Shown: positions 57,149 through 64,000 of the stretch, piece by piece
Layout of the letters: each line of letters starts with the position of its first letter
Numbering within the stretch: the first letter of the stretch is position 1
Assembly (NCBI GenBank): GCA_963733055.1
Contig: CAVTBR010000001.1
Coordinates: 1,216,001-1,280,000, forward strand
Direction: 5' to 3'
Length of the DNA: 64,000 nt
Source: Candidatus Bathyarchaeota archaeon
Lineage (GTDB): Archaea; Thermoproteota; Bathyarchaeia; 40CM-2-53-6
Translations under genes and position numbers: made by a program
Notes under the pieces: model-generated
Seen by the model: only the letters and a program-made list of their open reading frames with translations
Database searches by the model: none
What the model was told of the DNA's origin: nothing

Positions 57149-57193
57149 CATGAACACTAGGTTTCTCGGCGAGCGCAGGGTGACGGAGACTTA

Positions 57194-57209
57194 GTTACCG
57201 TTCGGTAAC
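57194..57209. terminator. Hairpin between convergent genes
   Basis: GTTACC-GTTC-GGTAAC immediately past the rpoF stop. Confidence 0.3.
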
Positions 57210-57545
57210 CTAGTCTTCCCGATATCCCTTGACGAGTTTGAGAATATCCTCTAACTGAGTAGCGCTGATTATTCTGCCCTTGACGGTGAGTATTGTGCGA
57301 AGTTCTTCCACGTACTGCGGCATCGTGTTAACGATCTGAATAGCGTCCTTCCGATCCAGCTGAAACTTCTCACCCAACTCCCGAACCAGCTTCTCCGCCT
57401 TTGGGGCTGGGACTTTGGCAAACTTGGAAGCGTAGTCGAGCGTGCGCCTTTGGAACTCCCCGAGCTCGTCTTCCTTCGCCTTTTCCAATGTCTTCCTAGC
57501 TTCAGCCGTGGTAGTGGGTTTTGAATCGATAATTTTTCTTGGCAT
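57210..57545 (-). CDS. rpoF: RNA polymerase subunit Rpo4 (F)
   Basis: QRRTLDYASKF, IVNTMP...ELRTIL; follows rpl21e. Confidence 0.93.
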   Translation of the reverse strand: MPRKIIDSKPTTTAEARKTLEKAKEDELGEFQRRTLDYASKFAKVPAPKAEKLVRELGEKFQLDRKDAIQIVNTMPQYVEELRTILTVKGRIISATQLEDILKLVKGYRED

Positions 57546-57555
57546 GGGGGTTCAC

Positions 57556-57849
57556 TTAGCGTAGGGGTGTTATGTGTTCTGGGCGGGCGATGATCTGCTT
57601 GGTCTGCTTCCCCATCTCAACATGAACAACGTACGACTTGCCCCGTTTCTCATGAATCACACCAACCCTACCGTGGTACCGCCTATGCGGCATACCTTTG
57701 TGAACGGAAGAATCCAGCATAATCGTCACCTTCTCCCCCGGCTCGTACACCCTCAAGATTCTGCTCAGCCCGAGCTTTCCTCTCTCGCGAGGATGCTTAT
57801 GGAAAAGGGACCTTGTCCTTGACCGGTAACCCTTCGAACGCCTAACCAT
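57556..57849 (-). CDS. rpl21e: 50S ribosomal protein L21e
   Basis: SKGYRSRTR, HKGMPHRRYHG, RPEH. Confidence 0.97.
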   Translation of the reverse strand: MVRRSKGYRSRTRSLFHKHPRERGKLGLSRILRVYEPGEKVTIMLDSSVHKGMPHRRYHGRVGVIHEKRGKSYVVHVEMGKQTKQIIARPEHITPLR

Positions 57850-58034
57850 ACGGCATAACCTTGAATTTTGTTAGCAAATTACCCGCGGCTAATTAACTTA
57901 CGGGAGCTGAATCTGTGGAGGCTCTCACCGAAGGTCGGTAGTAACTAATTTCTCAACGCAATAAACAGGGATAACATGTTCTAGACATCTTTCTTGTCGT
58001 TGCACTCATCAGGTGAGTCAAGGGATAATCCTCG

Positions 58035-59003
58035 TTAGCGTGTGATGATTACCTTTCTCTTTAGCGGAACCGCATTCGACTCACCTGGTAACTTACCGGG
58101 TATTAATAGTTCGTAGACTCCCGGGAGAGTAGGAAGGCCTTCTGCTTTCCATAGCCAGGTATGACTATTTTCAGGTTTGACGACTATTGCTTCCTTGAGG
58201 TCCGGAGTGGACTTGTTCAAATCCTCCCGCTTAGGGTCCTGACATCGGATTTTCCACAAAAATTCTCCCGGCACGAATGTAATACATTCTTTGTCATCCA
58301 AGTTGGTAACTGTGATCGTTACCCACTCATCCTCCTTGCACTCAAGTGGATAAATGGTCCAATCTACTGGAACGCTCTTCTGACCGTGAATAATACTATG
58401 ACTAAAAGTGAGCCTTATCTTACCTATCAGATACAGGATCGCGATTGTGATTGCGACAGACAGGAAGAGAACTCTCGTTCGTAGCATCGCGAGACTTGGG
58501 ACAAGTATCGAAATTTGAAAAGTTGGGATTACAACAAAATACCCGACAGTCCCTGCCGTTATTGCGAAAAAGGCATAGGCGGCCGTTACATACCAGGAGA
58601 AATGATCACTACGTGCTCTGTCTGAAATGATTTCTGTCAGTTCCAAGTTCAGCCGTCTTTCAATAACAAGACCTCTAGTCACAGCGGCTCTCTCAAAGAG
58701 GTCATAGTTCCTTTCAATCAATCGCAATGCAACGATGAGACAAAGAGTGACCATAATCACCATCAGTTTAATGGGTGTTGGAAGGGGCGTAGTGCTAGAA
58801 CTGGAGAATTTTGAGGAATCAGGTAACAAAAGAGACTGTGCAGTCAAGAGAGCCGTTATGAAGGTAAAGCCGAGCTTTCGTAAGTCTTGTATTCGATCAT
58901 CAAATTTCTCAAGAAGAGTTCTAATCGTATCCCACTCATCTAGAGTGTTGTCGTCTTTGGAAGGCTTACTGGCTGCTGTCGGTTGGGTCAACTGTTGTTT
59001 CAA
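58035..59003 (-). CDS. Hypothetical four-TM membrane protein with C-terminal beta domain
   Basis: EW...R....FD..I...R then TM hairpins; visibly more AT-rich than srp54. Confidence 0.65.
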   Translation of the reverse strand: MKQQLTQPTAASKPSKDDNTLDEWDTIRTLLEKFDDRIQDLRKLGFTFITALLTAQSLLLPDSSKFSSSSTTPLPTPIKLMVIMVTLCLIVALRLIERNYDLFERAAVTRGLVIERRLNLELTEIISDRARSDHFSWYVTAAYAFFAITAGTVGYFVVIPTFQISILVPSLAMLRTRVLFLSVAITIAILYLIGKIRLTFSHSIIHGQKSVPVDWTIYPLECKEDEWVTITVTNLDDKECITFVPGEFLWKIRCQDPKREDLNKSTPDLKEAIVVKPENSHTWLWKAEGLPTLPGVYELLIPGKLPGESNAVPLKRKVIITR

Positions 59004-59039
59004 TCAAGTACTGAGGGAAAGGCACTAAAAAATCAAGTG

Positions 59040-60380
59040 TTATCTTGTTGGGAAGGGCAGTTTGCCTCCTCTTCCTAGGGCTCCGCCCCTACGTTTCATG
59101 GTTTTCATCATTTTTTTCATCATGTGATATTGGTTGATCATTTCCTTCACATCTCTATCAGTTGTTCCTGAGCCTCGGGCAATTCTTCTGGCTCTGGATG
59201 AGTCGATGAGTTTGGGGTCTTCAATCTCATCCCTGGTCATCGACTGTATAATCACCTTCCACGCGTCTAGTCTCTTTTCGGCGGTTTCCATCGCGTCATC
59301 AGGGATGTTCATCCCTCCAGGTACCATCCCCACCAGTTTCTTCAGCGGCCCCATCTTCCTAACCGCCACCATTTGCTCGTACATGTCTTTCAAGGTGAAC
59401 TTTCCCTCCAGAAAGGCCCTAGCTTTCTTCTGGGGAATCTCGACCTGTGCCTCTCGTACCTTCTCGACTAGGGATTTGATGTCGCCCATGCCGAGGAGTC
59501 GGCCGACGAAGGTGGCGGGTATGAATTGTTCTATGTCGTCGATCTTCTCACCGGTCCCAATGAATTTGATCTTCGCATGCGTCGCCGCAACCGCCGACAA
59601 GGCGCCTCCTCCCTTCGCCGTCCCATCCAACTTCGTCACCAAGATCGACCCAATCCTAGTGCTGTCGTTGAACGCCGCAGCCTGCGACGTCGCGGCTTGC
59701 CCAATCGAAGCGTCTATGGCTAAGATGATTTCATCAGGTTGAATTTGCTTCGCCAGGTCCCTCATTTCGCTCATGAGTTCCGCCTCGTCCTTGTGCCTCC
59801 CCGCCGTATCGACGATGATCAAGTCATACTTCTCGCCCGCAAACTGCTCCATCCCCTTCCGAACAATCTTCAAAGGATCCTTCGAACCCGGTTCCCCGTA
59901 CACTGGGACGGTAACCCTGTCCGCGAGCTGCTTCAACTGCTCAAACGCCCCCGGCCGATACGTATCAGCGCAGATGATCGCCGGTCGTAAACCACGCTTC
60001 TGGTAAAACCGAGCCAGTTTAACTGACGCGGTCGTCTTCCCGGTTCCTTGAATCCCAACGAGCATAACCACCTGTCGCTTACCCAGCTCGATAACCAGTT
60101 TCGCAGGTTCCTCCCCAAGGAATCGCGTCAGTTCCTCATACAGCACCTTCACAACGTGATCGTGGCGGGAAATTCCCGGAGGTAGCTTCTCTTCCAGCGA
60201 TCGCTTCTCGACTGCCTGGGAGATTTGCAGAACGAGGTTTACGTTGACGTCGGATTGAAGCAGTGCTCGTTGAAGGTCGCGTACGAGTTCCTTGACGGCT
60301 TTCTCGTCGACCACGGCCAGCCTGAGCAGTTTCTTAACCGCGTCCCTAAGCGATCTACCCAGACCTTCAGGCGCACTCAT
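59040..60380 (-). CDS. srp54: Signal recognition particle protein SRP54
   Basis: GIQGTGKTT, DTAGR, TKLDG..KGGG, RLLGMGD, Met-rich M domain. Confidence 0.98.
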   Translation of the reverse strand: MSAPEGLGRSLRDAVKKLLRLAVVDEKAVKELVRDLQRALLQSDVNVNLVLQISQAVEKRSLEEKLPPGISRHDHVVKVLYEELTRFLGEEPAKLVIELGKRQVVMLVGIQGTGKTTASVKLARFYQKRGLRPAIICADTYRPGAFEQLKQLADRVTVPVYGEPGSKDPLKIVRKGMEQFAGEKYDLIIVDTAGRHKDEAELMSEMRDLAKQIQPDEIILAIDASIGQAATSQAAAFNDSTRIGSILVTKLDGTAKGGGALSAVAATHAKIKFIGTGEKIDDIEQFIPATFVGRLLGMGDIKSLVEKVREAQVEIPQKKARAFLEGKFTLKDMYEQMVAVRKMGPLKKLVGMVPGGMNIPDDAMETAEKRLDAWKVIIQSMTRDEIEDPKLIDSSRARRIARGSGTTDRDVKEMINQYHMMKKMMKTMKRRGGALGRGGKLPFPTR

Positions 60381-60878
60381 TCAAAACCCGCTCTCGAATC
60401 AAGTTCATGCGTTGTTACCCGTAACCTAAAAGTTCTCTCGGCCCGGCTGATACTCGGTTTAAGAAGACGGGTGGAATGTGTAGAGCTAAGATTTTCCCTG
60501 CCGTGCCCCAATGACTGGTTTGCATTAGAGATCTGTTAGAGGTGAGTTGTGATTGAGCAAGGAAACTTGGGTTGCGTATCCGCCATATTACGTCGCGCCA
60601 CAGTTCTACGCGTACTACACACCCACCCCGGTCGCGTTTGCCGCGGTCCGGCCTAAAGCATACGGCCCATACGGACCCTACACATACGGCCCCTACTAGA
60701 CCCACCGAACACGTTACGACCGCGCAGCGTAGCGCGAGCCGTCCGGCGGGAGAAGATCACCTAAAATTTTCTTATCTAGGTTTTCCATATCAGCTGAAAG
60801 TTCTGCCGACTCCAACTACGAAGAACCATTATGTGCCTTGACGCAGCCTTCAGCACATCGATGACGGAGATACGAAAA

Positions 60879-61366
60879 CGGCACCTTTTTCCCGGAAAGC
60901 GGTGCCGCTTTCAACGGTTTCCATTCACACATGGGTACGGAAAAACGGGGAAAGATTGTATGGGACGGGATCCACCTTTGACTAAGGGGTGTGGTCCACC
61001 CTACGTCAGACCCATTCCTACGGGAAACGAGGGTGTAGCACACGGTGTGCTACGCCGTGATTTTCGCCTGAGAAACGCCCTGAAAACAGGGGTGTAAGTC
61101 ACAGTGACTTACACCATGATTTCGGCAGGAGGGGGGGTTTCTGCTGGTGAAACGCGCACCGATCGAAGCAAGCAGGGAACGAACTGGGACACAGTTCGGC
61201 GGAACTGTGGCGCAGTTGAACCATCAAGTGAGAGTACGGGGAAAAACGAGGGTGAAGGTCACCTGATTTTCCCGCAGAGACACCTCGAAAACACAGCGGT
61301 GGACACAGTGTGGGACACCTTCTTCTTCCTCCCGTGTAGCACATCATGTGCTACACCCTGATTTTT
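60879..61366. repeat. Noncoding array of related palindromes
   Basis: 12-1-12 palindromes at 61032-61056 and 61091-61115, 11-1-11 at 61334-61356, degenerate copies at ~60988, 61251 and 61298; flanks AAAC(G)AGG and TGATTT. Confidence 0.8.
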
Positions 61367-61520
61367 CTCTCATTTGTCCTTGGCCGGAAACGCCCTTTTC
61401 CAGAAAAGTGATCCCGGAAAAGGTGTCTGGCGTATGCGCTCATGCCATCAGTATAAGTGACGAACAATGGTTAACTCTAATACAGAATGCCTCGAAAAGA
61501 GAAGCCCGAAGATAACATAA

Positions 61521-62165
61521 ATGCCTCTCATTTCTTGCAAAAAATGCGGTTCGAAAGTAAGCGACCAGTATAGCTATTGTACCAACTGCCAATCCCCGCT
61601 TAACGCAGCTCCTGAAAGCAAGCGAGAATTAACGCACAGACCGCCTGGTGATACTCGTCAAGGAGCGCTAGTTGGAGCGCTTGTCGGCCTCATTTACGGA
61701 ATTGTCGGCGCAACCACCGCCTATTTCATTTTTCTTCCCATGATATGGCCCGTTCTTACTTCGCGCTTGACGCAATCGTCTCAGGCTCTAGCAATTCTCC
61801 CAATGATATGGAACATCGTCATGGTGATAGTCATTGTCGGTCTACCGATCATAAGCGTAATCATTGGAGCGGTACTCGGTTTCCTGTTTGTTGTCTTTCA
61901 GAAAAAACTTCCCGGCAGCACGATTATTCGTAAGTCGGTCGCCTTCTCTTTGATTCTGCTAGCGATTGATTTCCTCATAGGAATATCGAGTTTCTTTGTT
62001 CCCAATAGGACGGGTACCCTCAGCGAGGTCGCTGTAGCTAAATTATATTCGCTACGGTTGGTGTCTTACGGGGAGATTCTGGTTGAGTTCCCACTTCTAG
62101 GTTACCTTTTCGGCTACCTTCTATCACGAAGACTCGCACACCAGAAGAAGACCCCTGAAGCGTAA
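61521..62165 (+). CDS. Zinc-ribbon four-TM membrane protein
   Basis: N-terminal CKKCG.KVSD.Y.YC..CQ.P.N, similar to the protein at 49796. Confidence 0.75.
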   Translation: MPLISCKKCGSKVSDQYSYCTNCQSPLNAAPESKRELTHRPPGDTRQGALVGALVGLIYGIVGATTAYFIFLPMIWPVLTSRLTQSSQALAILPMIWNIVMVIVIVGLPIISVIIGAVLGFLFVVFQKKLPGSTIIRKSVAFSLILLAIDFLIGISSFFVPNRTGTLSEVAVAKLYSLRLVSYGEILVEFPLLGYLFGYLLSRRLAHQKKTPEA

Positions 62166-62267
62166 AACGGGCACGAGATAGAACTGTGTTACGTCATCTT
62201 CTTGCGAACCGTTTAATTAGCGGCCAGAAGTTGCTTTCGAGTGTCTTTTGTCGGAAGGGGTTCATTG

Positions 62268-63029
62268 ATGCCTGATAACCTGTCTGCGAATGGCGGGTTA
62301 AGAATCATCGAAACCGGCACGGTCCCGAAAGGCGCAGTTCTCATTAACGGTCTACCAGACGTAGGCCTTGTAGGGCTACTGGCCGCGTCCCACATAATCA
62401 GTGATCTGAAGCTTAGGGAAGTGGGCGCGGTAGAATCAGACCTCCTCCCTCCCATGATCGTGCTTCACGGAGGGTTACCCAAAGCACCGTTCCGCATCTT
62501 CGCGGGAAATGGACTAGTCGTCATCATATCTGAAACCGTAATCCCAAGCCCCCTCATTCGCCCCCTCGCCAACGGCCTCGTCGACTGGGCTCACAGCAAA
62601 AATGCGAAACTAATGCTCTCGTTAGGCGGCATGGCTGTTGCTAATCGTCAGGACATAGACGTACCCAAAGTATTCGCCGCCCTCTCCGCCAAAGACTTGG
62701 AGCCTCAACTGCACGGATCCGCCGAGGTCCTAGAGGAAGGGTACATCGTCGGGGCCTATGGCCTTCTCCTTCGGAAGTGTGCCGAAACCAACCTACCCGC
62801 CATCACCCTACTCACCCAATCCCATTACAACTACCCCGACCCCGAAGCCGCAGGAGCAGCCCTCGCCGCCGTTAACAAGATTCTAGACTTGAAGGTGGAC
62901 GTTTCAGAGCTTCTGAAGAACGGAGAGGAGCTTCGCTTGCGGAGTAAGGATATGATGCATCGGACGCACGAGGAGATGAATAAGATGAACAAGTCCCACG
63001 AATACGACCTACCCCCACTCTACGGGTAA
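62268..63029 (+). CDS. PAC2-family proteasome assembly chaperone
   Basis: GLPDVGLVG, P.RIF, SLGG, PDPEAA, C-terminal LYG (HbYX-like). Confidence 0.9.
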   Translation: MPDNLSANGGLRIIETGTVPKGAVLINGLPDVGLVGLLAASHIISDLKLREVGAVESDLLPPMIVLHGGLPKAPFRIFAGNGLVVIISETVIPSPLIRPLANGLVDWAHSKNAKLMLSLGGMAVANRQDIDVPKVFAALSAKDLEPQLHGSAEVLEEGYIVGAYGLLLRKCAETNLPAITLLTQSHYNYPDPEAAGAALAAVNKILDLKVDVSELLKNGEELRLRSKDMMHRTHEEMNKMNKSHEYDLPPLYG

Positions 63030-63035
63030 GCTTCC

Positions 63036-63398
63036 ATGAGTACAGAAACCAGAGTCAACACCTCCCCGCCTCACGGCTCGGGATGGAACACCGCAACGTC
63101 CGCCATCCAACCATTATACAACCTATTCGTAGCCGCCGAAGAAGTCGTCCTAACCGTCGACCTCCCCTACGCCAACCAAAAGTCCGTGAAACTAAAACTA
63201 CCCACCAAAGACTCCATCGAACTGTTCGCCGCGACAACGAAAAGAATCACGTTCCATGACCTCGGGGCAAAACACAGGCACGGAGAATTCACCTCCTATC
63301 ACGCAATCATCCGCATGCCCGTCCCAGTAAACGAGAAACGAGCCACAAAGAAATTCAAACGAGGCCTACTAGAAGTACATCTCCCTAGAACGAAATGA
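63036..63398 (+). CDS. Small heat-shock protein (Hsp20)
   Basis: VDLPY, MPVPV, FKRGLLEVHLP. Confidence 0.82.
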   Translation: MSTETRVNTSPPHGSGWNTATSAIQPLYNLFVAAEEVVLTVDLPYANQKSVKLKLPTKDSIELFAATTKRITFHDLGAKHRHGEFTSYHAIIRMPVPVNEKRATKKFKRGLLEVHLPRTK

Positions 63399-63520
63399 GC
63401 AACTGCATCGCAGTTCGCCGCAGCTGCAATGCAGTTCGCGTCAATCTTACTCCGATTCGTTCCGAAGTCTTGGCCTGTGCACTTCTAGTAGAAGCATGTT
63501 CTTGGGCCGAGGTCGGGTGT

Positions 63521-63916
63521 CTAGACCCATCGGGTACGCAATTCCTTCATCTTAACGAAGTGTGAGTCGTTAGAGACGCAGCTTGCCTTCAGTTGCAGTG
63601 CCGTTGCCGCGATTACGGCGTCAGCCATTGGGACGCGATATCTCTTCCACAAGAGAGCTGCTTCTTTGGCGATCTTCCAGTCAAGATTTGCAATCGTGAA
63701 GTCACGCTTCAGGAGTTCAGTCCGAAGGTCGGCAGTTGCACGGTCCTCCGACTCTAAGCTTAGTTTGTAGAGTTCATAAACGGTAACGCTGGAGACATAC
63801 TTGGACAAGTTGGTGGTAAGTTCTCTTCGAATCCTCGATGCCTCATCGTCGTCACTAGGGTAATAGATTGCGGCAATGAACCGCGTGTCATAGAGGACGC
63901 GTTTTCTACCGCTCAT
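63521..63916 (-). CDS. vapC: VapC/PIN-domain toxin
   Basis: LYDT, TVYEL, ADAVIAATA, SNDSHF acidic motifs. Confidence 0.9.
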   Translation of the reverse strand: MSGRKRVLYDTRFIAAIYYPSDDDEASRIRRELTTNLSKYVSSVTVYELYKLSLESEDRATADLRTELLKRDFTIANLDWKIAKEAALLWKRYRVPMADAVIAATALQLKASCVSNDSHFVKMKELRTRWV

Positions 63917-64000
63917 TTTCCGCTCTCATTTTGTCTAGCCGTGCGAAGATGTCGCGTTGTGATGCCTTCCCAGTGCCAACTAGGTCGATTGTCGAGATCA
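63906..64000 (-). CDS. Probable VapB antitoxin, C-terminal fragment (5' end outside window)
   Basis: Open frame ...ISTIDLVGTGKASQRDIFARLDKMRAENER* overlapping the vapC start. Confidence 0.6.
   Translation of the reverse strand, partial: ISTIDLVGTGKASQRDIFARLDKMRAENER

Noticed and set aside
59134-59742. 202-aa plus-strand ORF
   Set aside because: Antisense shadow of srp54
60415-61361. Several 75-96 aa ORFs on both strands
   Set aside because: They overlap each other, show no protein-like motifs and run through palindromic repeats; treated as noncoding
60879-61366. CRISPR array interpretation
   Set aside because: Units are not identical, spacing is irregular and no cas genes are present
1-64000. 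tRNA, rRNA, SRP RNA, RNase P RNA, inteins, transposases
   Set aside because: No recognisable signatures by eye; intron-containing tRNAs or C/D sRNAs cannot be excluded without tRNAscan-SE or Infernal

Overview
Archaeal chromosomal DNA of TACK type, most consistent with Bathyarchaeia (inferred from gene content and order). Conserved core blocks: (i) 1-12 kb: aroC, tyrA, a chorismate mutase-aminotransferase fusion, Clp1-type kinase, gcvH, radB, carS, gcvT and aglB; (ii) 11.5-26.4 kb, minus strand: dph2, METTL5-like MTase, csl4, rpoL, RNase III-like, DUF99, tfs, pcna, priL, priS, gins15, rpl44e, rps27e, aIF2alpha and nop10, interrupted by a few inserted genes; (iii) 52.4-60.4 kb: srp54, rpl21e, rpoF, DUF655, dpo4, rsmA, trmJ and rpl10e. 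A ~26 kb accessory region (26.4-52.2 kb) lies between blocks ii and iii. Most interesting signals: four KaiC-like paralogs that all replace Walker A with a shared [FY][DE][PA]xSxW motif; a dispersed ~30-bp REP-like repeat bracketing several accessory genes; a five-gene operon with a SelO/kinase-like protein, a GNAT and one of these pseudo-ATPases; an OSTC/DC2-like protein 2 kb from aglB; a bacterial-type Ada with a candidate Ada box; and a noncoding array of covarying 12-1-12 palindromes at 60.9-61.4 kb. Single-base frameshifts in three genes, including essential priS, suggest assembly indel errors. No rRNA, tRNA, CRISPR array, transposase or integrase was recognised. All family calls come from motif recognition by eye, without database searches.
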